This document shows, one piece after another, positions 26,356-33,905 of a stretch of DNA of 64,000 bases (the stretch's first letter is position 1; each line of letters starts with the position of its first letter). The stretch is from a virus. The DNA lies in IMG/VR virus record IMGVR_UViG_3300045973_000311. One strand, written 5' to 3'. Below the pieces are notes generated by a model. That model did not search any database. It had not been told where the DNA came from and saw nothing but the letters and a program-made list of their open reading frames with translations. The translations under genes and the position numbers were made by a program.

Positions 26356-28640
26356 GCACTACCCACAAAGACTACGACCCGGATGCTCTGCGGGCATCGA
26401 TCGTGATGGTTGGCATTGACTATGCCGCCCCGTCTCCGACAAACCCACGCAAGACGTTCAATGAAACGGAAATGGCTGAGCTCACCGAGAGCATCAAGAA
26501 GCATGGCGTGCTGCAGCCGATCATTGTCCGCCAGTGGCCACTGGCCTACCCATCTCCCGGACCGCTGGTCACCTACGAAATCATTGCAGGAGAGCGCCGC
26601 TGGCGTGCGGTCAAGGCGGCTGGCCTGACGATGCTTGAAGCCAAGTTGCGTGATCTCACCGACCTCGAGGTGCTCGAGATCCAGATCATCGAGAACCTGC
26701 AACGCGCCGACCTGCATCCGCTGGAAGAGGCCGAGGGTTACGAGCGGATCATGAATACCCATGCTTATACCGCCGACCAGCTGGCGGACAAGATCGGCAA
26801 GTCCCGTTCCTATATCTTCGCTCGCCTCAAGTTGCTCGCCCTGGATGACGACGCCCGCCGTTTGTTTCGGGCAGGCCTGCTCAATCCCAGCACCGCTCTC
26901 CTGGTTGCCCGTATCCCCAGCGCCAAGCTGCGCCTGAAGGCTATTGAAGACATCACCACCCCACACTACGGCAACGAGCCGATGTCGGTCCGCCAGGCGC
27001 ACGAACGCATCCGCAATCGCTACATGACGAAGCTTGACGATGCGCCGTTCAGTCGGGTCAATGCAACGCTGATTCCCACCGCCGGAAGCTGCCTCGACTG
27101 CCCGCACCGTACTGGCAATGCCCCGGACCTGTTCGACGATATCGACAGTCCAGATGTCTGCACTGACCCCGATTGCTTTGTGGCCAAGAAGATCGCCCAT
27201 CGCGATAGAGAAGCCGAGAAGGCACAAGCCGCTGGGAGCATGGTCATCCTGGGCGATGAGGCCAAGAAGATCGCGCCTAATGGTACTGAGTCATACAACA
27301 CGCTCAGGGGCTACACCAAGCTCGATGCCAAGTGCTACGAAGACCCTACCCATCGTACCTACGCGGAGATCATCGGTGATACCGGAGACCAGGTGCTGCT
27401 CGAGGACACCTATAAAAATACGTTGGTCGCCGTGCTACCCAACAAAATCATTGCCGAGAAACTACAGGCGGCGGGCGTCAAGCTACGTGATACCGAGCGG
27501 GCCAAGGCGGATGAGAAGGTCAAAGCCAAGCTTGATCTCGAACGCGCCACCCGCCAGCGCATGTTCGACATGGTCCGCGAGAACGTTTCCCGCATGGTAG
27601 ACGAGGATGGCGCCGGCATGGCCTACTACGCCCAGGAGCGCATCTTCAACCACATCGCCCAGCGCATGTGGGAACGCTTTGGCTACGAGACAAAGCCGCT
27701 GATCGCCAACCTTTGGGGCGCAGTCGGCAAGACCAATACGGATCGCGCCGAAGCCTTTGGCCTGGGCATCCCATCGTTGAGCACGCCCGACTGCTGGAAG
27801 CTGATGGTCGACATGCTGCTGGTCACCAGCACGACCGTGGCCAGCGAGTGGGATCTCGAGAATGGTGGCAAGCAACTCAGCACCATCGCCGAACTGTTCG
27901 ACATTAACCAAGGCGAAGTCAAAAAGCTGGTTCAGGAAGAGAAAAAAGAGCAGAAGCCAGCAACGAAGGGTAAGAAATCAGCAAAAAACACCCCGACTGC
28001 CACTGAAAAAAAAGCTCCTCCCCCCTTAAAAGCTGCGCAGGCGGCGGGGCTGGAAAGCGCCGAAAAGAAAACCGCCCAGACTGAGGCTGCGCTGGACGAA
28101 CTTTCGCGGATATCACAAAACCTTGGCGGATACGTCGAATCTGAGGAAGAGCAATCAAGCGCAGCTAACGCTGCGGTGGAAAAAACATCCAATATCAAAG
28201 CTGAGTTCGCGGTAGGTGACGCCGTGCGGGTAATTGATGCGGGGATCAATCTCGGGAAGGTTGGCGTGATCGACTGTATCTACACCGATGGCCGTACCTA
28301 TCCGTTTGCGCTGCTGATCGACGGCTATGAGTTTTCTTTTTCTGCATCCGAACTCGAGTCGGTGGAAAAGGCAATCGAGACGGACGAAAACCCATCCCCG
28401 ACGAACCGCCCCTCGCCTGAATACCAGCATCCGGAAAATAGTGATCTGGTCTGGTCCGGCCGGGGTCGCAAACCGAAGTGGGTAGAAAGTTGGTTGGCCA
28501 CAACCGGCCAGCCACTGGATGCGCTACGCCTCGATGCCAGCCAGCAGCATTCGAGCGCGCCTACAGGCGCGAACGCAAAACCATCCATGGCTGAAGCTGT
28601 TGAGCGCTGCACGAAGACGCTCGAGCTTCCCATTGATTAG
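26352..28640 (+). CDS. ParB/Spo0J-like protein with KOW-like and H-NS-like C-terminal domains, 762 aa
   Basis: NPRKTF...HGVLQPIIVR...IAGERRWRA...ENLQRADL; GDAVRVIDAGINLGKVG; YQHPENSDLVWSGRGRKPKW. Confidence 0.85.
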   Translation: MSTTHKDYDPDALRASIVMVGIDYAAPSPTNPRKTFNETEMAELTESIKKHGVLQPIIVRQWPLAYPSPGPLVTYEIIAGERRWRAVKAAGLTMLEAKLRDLTDLEVLEIQIIENLQRADLHPLEEAEGYERIMNTHAYTADQLADKIGKSRSYIFARLKLLALDDDARRLFRAGLLNPSTALLVARIPSAKLRLKAIEDITTPHYGNEPMSVRQAHERIRNRYMTKLDDAPFSRVNATLIPTAGSCLDCPHRTGNAPDLFDDIDSPDVCTDPDCFVAKKIAHRDREAEKAQAAGSMVILGDEAKKIAPNGTESYNTLRGYTKLDAKCYEDPTHRTYAEIIGDTGDQVLLEDTYKNTLVAVLPNKIIAEKLQAAGVKLRDTERAKADEKVKAKLDLERATRQRMFDMVRENVSRMVDEDGAGMAYYAQERIFNHIAQRMWERFGYETKPLIANLWGAVGKTNTDRAEAFGLGIPSLSTPDCWKLMVDMLLVTSTTVASEWDLENGGKQLSTIAELFDINQGEVKKLVQEEKKEQKPATKGKKSAKNTPTATEKKAPPPLKAAQAAGLESAEKKTAQTEAALDELSRISQNLGGYVESEEEQSSAANAAVEKTSNIKAEFAVGDAVRVIDAGINLGKVGVIDCIYTDGRTYPFALLIDGYEFSFSASELESVEKAIETDENPSPTNRPSPEYQHPENSDLVWSGRGRKPKWVESWLATTGQPLDALRLDASQQHSSAPTGANAKPSMAEAVERCTKTLELPID

Positions 28641-28650
28641 GGAGTGAATC

Positions 28651-28989
28651 ATGGGACTTTTCGCAACCATCCTCCTGAATCAGGCAGTGATGCTCCCGGA
28701 TGGGCGCGTCACCACGCATAATCCCGACCACAAAAAGAAACTGGCGCGGACGGGGAATCAGATCGAGCTGGCCGCACGAAATGAGGCGATTCGAATGGCC
28801 AATATCGAGCGGATCTATGCGGCGATTGCAGCCAGCACCCGCCCCGTCGCTTTCAGCGACATTGAGGCAGTGACATCGCTTTCCTACACCACGGTCTTTT
28901 ATGCCGTGGCTGCGCTGGAGACGTGGCCAGGCGGATCAAGGATTGTTCGTTCCCACGGAACGAAGCACACGTTCAAGGTGAAAAAATGA
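28651..28989 (+). CDS. Hypothetical wHTH-like protein
   Basis: GGAG RBS; stop overlaps the next start. Confidence 0.55.
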   Translation: MGLFATILLNQAVMLPDGRVTTHNPDHKKKLARTGNQIELAARNEAIRMANIERIYAAIAASTRPVAFSDIEAVTSLSYTTVFYAVAALETWPGGSRIVRSHGTKHTFKVKK

Positions 28990-29174
28990 GTGACGAAATT
29001 GATCGCGTTATTTTCCGGCCGGAGCTCATGCGAACGATGGGTGTGACCACGGAAACAATCCGGCGCTGGATGAAAGCCAAGCGCCTGCCGGCGCCGGATG
29101 TGGCCATGTCACGCAAGACACTGGGCTGGCGCCTTTCAACCCTGCGCAGCGCCGGCATTAACCTCGCTGCATGA
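28986..29174 (+). CDS. Excisionase / AlpA-like recombination directionality factor
   Basis: MSDEIDRVIFRPELMRTMGVTTETIRRWMKAKRLPAPD...GW, convergent with the integrase. Confidence 0.8.
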   Translation: MSDEIDRVIFRPELMRTMGVTTETIRRWMKAKRLPAPDVAMSRKTLGWRLSTLRSAGINLAA

Positions 29175-30323
29175 CTCAAACCAGTCGGCCCACGCTTGCA
29201 TCATCGCCGTCCGTTCGGGCAGATACTTCGCCCGGTTATAGATCGCCCGCACCTTGTTTTCAGGGGTGTGGGCAAGCTGCATCTCAATTGCATCCGGGTT
29301 ACATCCTCGCTCATTTGCCCAGGTGCTGGCCACGCTCCTGAAGCCATGGCCGGTCATCCGCCCCTTGTATCCGATGCGGTGAATCAGATAGAGCACTGAG
29401 TTTTCAGACATCGGTCGGTCATCCCGACGATCTGACGGAAAAACATACTTCGATTTTCCTACCCGCGATCGCATCTCTTTGATGATCGCCAGCGCCTGGC
29501 GAGACAACGGCACTAGGTGATCCTTCTTCCGCTTCATCTTGCCGGCCGGGATCAGCCATAGCGCCTGTTCCTCATCGATCTCAGACCATTCCATCATCCG
29601 CAACTCATTGGTCCGCACCCAGCTGTACGCTAGCATCCGGCAGGCCAGAACACTCTGCAGATCGCGCTCGAGATCCAGGCGCTGGCAAAAATCAGGAACC
29701 TCTCGCAAGGTCAGTGCGGCAAAGCTCTCGACCGTCGCCTTACCGAAAGCCTTTTCAGGCCGAATCAATGCCGCTGGATTGATTGAGGCATGGCGGTGCT
29801 CAACCGCCCATTCAAACACCTGGCCAACCCACATTCGAACCTTGCGCACGTAGACATATAGGCCAGCCACATTCATGCGATTCAATTCATCAAGGAGCGA
29901 CTCGCGGGTGATGCTTCCGATGTGGGCATCGAGGATGCCCGCCAGGTGCATATTGATCCCCCGCTCTGCATTGTCCCGGTAGGAGTCAGAAAGATCAGAG
30001 CGCCCCGCCCAAAACGTCTCTGAGGCCTCACGCAGGGTCATCCCTTTGCGCGCGGCCCGCCTGGGTGCCATTGGGTCTCCACCGTCCCGCAACGTAGCCT
30101 TCAGGGACTCCCGCTTGATTCTGGCCTCAGCCAGCGACACCGCAGGGTATGGCCCAAGGCTTTGGGTCTTTGGCTTTCCGGCCAGCCGATAGGCAACCCG
30201 CCATGTCTTGGCGCCGGCCGGCGAAATGAACAGGTGCAAACCACCGCCATCGAACAGCTTCTGCGCCTTGTCGGCAGGCTTTGCAGCCTTGCAGCGTGCG
30301 TCAGTCAGGTTATTTGTAGGCAT
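29136..30323 (-). CDS. int: Tyrosine integrase, P4-like with arm-binding domain
   Basis: KLFDGGGLHL...KTWRVAYR; R(TNE); KMK...H; HGFR...LAH...YNR catalytic set. Confidence 0.95.
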   Translation of the reverse strand: MPTNNLTDARCKAAKPADKAQKLFDGGGLHLFISPAGAKTWRVAYRLAGKPKTQSLGPYPAVSLAEARIKRESLKATLRDGGDPMAPRRAARKGMTLREASETFWAGRSDLSDSYRDNAERGINMHLAGILDAHIGSITRESLLDELNRMNVAGLYVYVRKVRMWVGQVFEWAVEHRHASINPAALIRPEKAFGKATVESFAALTLREVPDFCQRLDLERDLQSVLACRMLAYSWVRTNELRMMEWSEIDEEQALWLIPAGKMKRKKDHLVPLSRQALAIIKEMRSRVGKSKYVFPSDRRDDRPMSENSVLYLIHRIGYKGRMTGHGFRSVASTWANERGCNPDAIEMQLAHTPENKVRAIYNRAKYLPERTAMMQAWADWFESCSEVNAGAAQG

Positions 30324-30421
30324 TTTGGACTCAATGCCCACCGTGTACCTACATCGCTACCTACAGAGTCGCCGTGTTCAATGGCTTTTTAATGTGGGGA
30401 ACGATTGGAAAACGATGGGAG

Positions 30422-30461
30422 AAAAAAAAACCGAAGCCCAGATTCTACAAGGGTTTCGGTT
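30422..30461 (-). terminator. Terminator downstream of the att core (would replace the tRNA terminator after integration)
   Basis: Minus strand AACCGAAACCC-loop-GGGCTTCGGTTTTTTTTT. Confidence 0.7.
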
Positions 30462-30500
30462 GTCTTTCGCTGCCTACTGCTTCGTTAAGTTGTAGCTGGA

Positions 30501-30523
30501 TGGCGGACACGCAGGGATTCGAA
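30501..30523 (-). other. attP core: 3' end of a tRNA-Ser-like gene (TTCGAATCCCTGCGTGTCCGCCA)
   Basis: T-loop TTCGAAT plus acceptor strand plus G discriminator plus CCA; no 5' half of a tRNA; upstream of the integrase. Confidence 0.8.
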
Positions 30524-30710
30524 TAACAGGAAATAGAGCCATTTATTGACCAATAAATAACTGTATACCTACATCAATGCCAACAAACCAATTAAACATT
30601 AATGCCCAAAAATAAGTTTCAGCCACAACTTTTGCCAAGCCAGGCCGCATTGTAGGCCATGCTGCCAGCAAACTGAAGCCGGCAGGTGGGAAGCCTTCCA
30701 CTGGGCAAGA

Positions 30711-31217
30711 TTAACGACTTGGACGGTCACGGTTTTCTCCCGGCCATGAATCGATCATGGTTTGTCGGTCGGAAAGGCACTGGTCAGCCGCGATTGCCAC
30801 TGCTCGATATTGATCCGCGCACTCGCTGAATACGGTAATCGCGGCGTTTGCAACGTTACGGGCGGCCGGGGCGGATAGGGCAGCGACACGGGATCGCATG
30901 GCGTCGCGGTCGTTGCGCAGCCGTGCAAGCTGCTGATTGAGACTATCAATATCGGCAGCCAGAGCCGCCTGTCGTTCTTCTGCGTCATGGTTGGCCTTTC
31001 GGAGTTGCGATTGATAGTCGGCTTCGCGCTTATTGGCTGCCTGCTCGGCGACCAACTTGTCGGCGGTGCATGCGGACTTAGCGCGCTGGTACCCGACGTC
31101 TTCGTGGTACGAAATGAACTGGTAGTAACCGACCATGAGCGCCGCCCCGATGGCAACGATGCCGGCAAGCTGGGCGGCGAACTGATACCGTGCCGGGATC
31201 AGATCGAAGAGACTCAT
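30711..31217 (-). CDS. Inner-membrane spanin (Rz-like)
   Basis: N-terminal TM segment followed by coiled coil; last gene of the lysis cassette. Confidence 0.75.
   Translation of the reverse strand: MSLFDLIPARYQFAAQLAGIVAIGAALMVGYYQFISYHEDVGYQRAKSACTADKLVAEQAANKREADYQSQLRKANHDAEERQAALAADIDSLNQQLARLRNDRDAMRSRVAALSAPAARNVANAAITVFSECADQYRAVAIAADQCLSDRQTMIDSWPGENRDRPSR
30755..30988 (-). CDS. Outer-membrane spanin lipoprotein (Rz1-like), embedded in the Rz-like gene
   Basis: MTQKNDRRLWLPILIVSISSLHGC lipobox followed by a Pro-rich segment, in an alternate frame. Confidence 0.75.
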   Translation of the reverse strand: MTQKNDRRLWLPILIVSISSLHGCATTATPCDPVSLPYPPRPPVTLQTPRLPYSASARINIEQWQSRLTSAFPTDKP

Positions 31218-31531
31218 GTAATTTCCCCATTGGTAATGAATCCGTGCCAGTCACCGCTTCTGGAGGCATCAATGGAAGAGGTCACGGTGAGCGTCGAAAA
31301 ATCGTTACCAATGAAGTTCCACGCAGCATTAAGATCGCAAAAAACAACCCGCTTCCCGCACCATTTGGTCTTCGTTTCTTCGTCGTCCCAATCCCCATAC
31401 ACAAGCTGATACTGCTCCTTTAGCGTCATCTCAACACGCTTGCAGGTCAGCCAAGATTTACCGCCTGTCGGGTTTTTGAAGATGAATACGTCAGGGGTAA
31501 GCCACTCCGGTTCGAGATCAGTAAGTTTCAT
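31214..31531 (-). CDS. Hypothetical protein inside the lysis cassette (DUF6527-like C-terminus)
   Basis: LTVTSSID...WHGFITNGE; coupled to both neighbours. Confidence 0.55.
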   Translation of the reverse strand: MKLTDLEPEWLTPDVFIFKNPTGGKSWLTCKRVEMTLKEQYQLVYGDWDDEETKTKWCGKRVVFCDLNAAWNFIGNDFSTLTVTSSIDASRSGDWHGFITNGEIT

Positions 31532-31983
31532 GATCCACGCCTCATCAGTTCAGCCAGGCGCTTTGCCCTGTCGCCTACTTGCCTTGCCCACAGCGATTGC
31601 AGCATTCCATCCGCTGCACCCTGGTAATCGCCGGACTTGATCTTCGCCAGCGTGTTTTTGAAGCCGATCAACTTGTCGATTCCGAGGTTGAAGCACATGT
31701 TCAACATCACGCGCTGCCGAACAGGATCAAGCTGCTGCCACCAGTTAAGATGCATATCAAGCTCACCTGCCGCCCGGTAAATGTCTGCATCATTCATCTC
31801 AATTGCTTCAACACGAGATATTCCAACATCGTCCAGGTTACGTCCGATCCCGATTGTAAGTTTTCCCTTCACTGGGCATTTGCATTCATTCCGCAACTTC
31901 CCGCAGCAATCAAGATATGGCTTGAGACGAATCGATTCGTCACGGATAAGCTCGTCGCGCATTACCGCAATGTCGAAATTCAT
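31528..31983 (-). CDS. Endolysin, GH24 lysozyme
   Basis: DE..RLKPY.D...TIGIGRNL...RQRVMLNMCFNLG...ML.S.WARQVG.RA.RL. Confidence 0.9.
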   Translation of the reverse strand: MNFDIAVMRDELIRDESIRLKPYLDCCGKLRNECKCPVKGKLTIGIGRNLDDVGISRVEAIEMNDADIYRAAGELDMHLNWWQQLDPVRQRVMLNMCFNLGIDKLIGFKNTLAKIKSGDYQGAADGMLQSLWARQVGDRAKRLAELMRRGS

Positions 31984-32099
31984 TGGATGTCCTCCGGTAG
32001 CTTGGCCCGTTCGCACTTATGTTTGGACACCTCCCACGCGCCGGCACAAGCCACCAGGAGGCAAACAATGACGATGCTTAATGTTTCAACGGCGCTCAT
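31980..32099 (-). CDS. 39-aa single-TM protein between holin and endolysin (not in ORF track)
   Basis: MSAVETLSIVIVCLLVACAGAWEVSKHKCERAKLPEDIQ*; ATGA overlaps at both ends. Confidence 0.55.
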   Translation of the reverse strand: MSAVETLSIVIVCLLVACAGAWEVSKHKCERAKLPEDIQ

Positions 32100-32395
32100 T
32101 GGGTTCTCGCCTGCATGACTCGCTGGAACATCTGCTCAAGGCCCGACGTTCCCAGACTGGCAAGCCCAGCAGCCACGCCGATCTGGCCGACCAAGGGAAG
32201 ATCTGGAACCCAGACAAGTACTGCGCCAGCAGCCATAGCGATCCCCCCAGTTGAGAGCGATCGACCGATGATGATCCGCCATTTCAGCACTTCCTTGCTG
32301 GCGAGGAGCTGGCCGATTCCGATGCTGATTCCGACCACGGAAAACAACAGGGCGTTGATGATGTGATCGAACGCTGAAATGATTTTTTCCGGCAT
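32096..32395 (-). CDS. Holin
   Basis: 99 aa with multiple hydrophobic segments, upstream of the endolysin. Confidence 0.75.
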   Translation of the reverse strand: MPEKIISAFDHIINALLFSVVGISIGIGQLLASKEVLKWRIIIGRSLSTGGIAMAAGAVLVWVPDLPLVGQIGVAAGLASLGTSGLEQMFQRVMQARTQ

Positions 32396-32397
32396 GG

Positions 32398-32715
32398 CTA
32401 TTCCTTGTTTTTTGCAGCATCAAAACAATGATTTTTACCGAAGAAAAAGTCGATGAACTTGGCGCTCTCGATAGCCCATTTCTCGCCCTTGATCAGATGC
32501 TCACCGACACGACAGGAAATAGTGATATGCGGATCACCGCCCAGTAGAGAATTGGCGCATTCATCTATAGCTACAGCCATTTTGTGCGACCGCGCAACGG
32601 CCCCCAATATCGCGTGAAACAATTGCAGCCCATTTAGCGGGATCATAATGACCGTGCACACGATCCAGAGCAGCACAGCAGTTCCACGATCTTTCAAGCT
32701 GTATTTCATTGACAT
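32398..32715 (-). CDS. Hypothetical membrane-associated phage protein
   Basis: Hydrophobic N-terminus; NSLLGGDPHITISCRVG...FIDFFFGKNHC. Confidence 0.55.
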   Translation of the reverse strand: MSMKYSLKDRGTAVLLWIVCTVIMIPLNGLQLFHAILGAVARSHKMAVAIDECANSLLGGDPHITISCRVGEHLIKGEKWAIESAKFIDFFFGKNHCFDAAKNKE

Positions 32716-32727
32716 TCCCCATTGCAT

Positions 32728-32750
32728 AAAAAAACCGCCCGTAGGTGGTT
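32728..32750 (-). terminator. Terminator after the tail genes
   Basis: Minus strand AACCACC-TACG-GGCGGTTTTTTT. Confidence 0.7.
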
Positions 32751-32770
32751 GTATCGGCACTAAATATTGA

Positions 32771-33211
32771 TTAAGGCGAAAGCGTCTTTGCAAGTACAAA
32801 AAGCGCGTGAATGTCTGCTGATGTTTTCCCCAGTGCGGCGGCCATAGCGGTAATAGTCGAATCGTCTTCAACAAAAATCTGCGATTCTGCCCAGGCAAGT
32901 TGGATGAGCTGCGAACCGGCAGCCACTGCAGCTTGTGCCTGGGTATAAAGCCCAAGCTGGATCAGCGCGGCCTTGAATTGATACGGCGTACATGTCAGCG
33001 GCGGCGATGGAATTGACGGGGCTAAAGCATCAGTGGGGGCAACAAACAATCCGCTGGTAGACTTTACCCAGCCGACCTGCACATCATCCGGAACAGCATA
33101 GGTATTTGCTTGAGGTGGATTTTGTGGATCAAAACCCGGAACGAAACCAAGCGGCAAAACAGTGCCAATTATCTCGACGCCGCCGATTAAATACGTATTT
33201 GCATATTTCAT
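32771..33211 (-). CDS. Tail fibre assembly-like / hypothetical protein
   Basis: Follows the fibre gene; CTPYQFKAAL...W pattern. Confidence 0.5.
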   Translation of the reverse strand: MKYANTYLIGGVEIIGTVLPLGFVPGFDPQNPPQANTYAVPDDVQVGWVKSTSGLFVAPTDALAPSIPSPPLTCTPYQFKAALIQLGLYTQAQAAVAAGSQLIQLAWAESQIFVEDDSTITAMAAALGKTSADIHALFVLAKTLSP

Positions 33212-33212
33212 A

Positions 33213-33905
33213 TTAACCACCTCCTGTTGCCGGAGCGCCAGGCGATGGCGTTGTAACCAATACAACGGTCCCACCATTTGCCCGAGTTAAAATAATTTGC
33301 GTTCCTCCATACACATCGATAGCACCTACGCTTGCAGCCACAAAGGCTGTCATTGGTGCTGCTGATGAAGCTGCTGCCACACCACCAGCAATCGCAGCGG
33401 CGGCCACTTGCGCGGCGGTGATATCTCCGTGGGCTCCATTTAAGGAATTTACAATCGCCGCCGGTGCTTTTCCGAAAAGTATTAATTTCGCGCCATCACA
33501 AAAGACGATTACCGTTTCCGTCGATTGAACAGCGTATGCCGTCGCACCATTGACCGTCTCCGATAAATTCGGGTCAATGGTGATCGTTCCGGATGTGTTA
33601 TTCACCAGGGCAAAGGCAAATCCATCGCCGAGCGATGCGGCAGCGGGAAGCGATACGGTATAACCACCGCCTCCCGTAAAAGTCAGAACTTTCCCTCGGT
33701 CGGAAGCAACAACCGTATAGCTGCCGGTTTTTACCGCACTGCCATTTAGCAGGGCGCCCAGCGAAACGAGAGCGCTACCCTTATTCGTTGAATCGGTACC
33801 GAGCAGATCGGAAATAAAAGTGCTGATATTCGTGATCCACGATTTGACGTTGCCTTGTGTTGCCGAAACATATGTCGCGGTTGCTGGATCGAGCAAAGTT
33901 GTCAT
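33213..33905 (-). CDS. Short tail fibre-like protein
   Basis: KTGSYTVVASDRGK...VSLPAAASLGDGF...ITIDP...ETVNGA module; directly after the tail tip gene. Confidence 0.6.
   Translation of the reverse strand: MTTLLDPATATYVSATQGNVKSWITNISTFISDLLGTDSTNKGSALVSLGALLNGSAVKTGSYTVVASDRGKVLTFTGGGGYTVSLPAAASLGDGFAFALVNNTSGTITIDPNLSETVNGATAYAVQSTETVIVFCDGAKLILFGKAPAAIVNSLNGAHGDITAAQVAAAAIAGGVAAASSAAPMTAFVAASVGAIDVYGGTQIILTRANGGTVVLVTTPSPGAPATGGG

Larger units (their letters stand above)
1..26522. repeat. Direct repeat copy 1 (period 37,478 bp)
   Basis: Every ORF recurs at +37478. Position 1 (cgacgaccga) matches 37479, and the window end matches 26522. Confidence 0.98.

Noticed and set aside
30501-30523. 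Full tRNA gene
   Set aside because: Only the T-loop and 3' acceptor strand are present; there is no D-arm or anticodon arm. It is an att core.
30711-31217. Embedded Rz/Rz1 gene pair as a novelty
   Set aside because: Well-established lambda-type spanin architecture; listed as features only.
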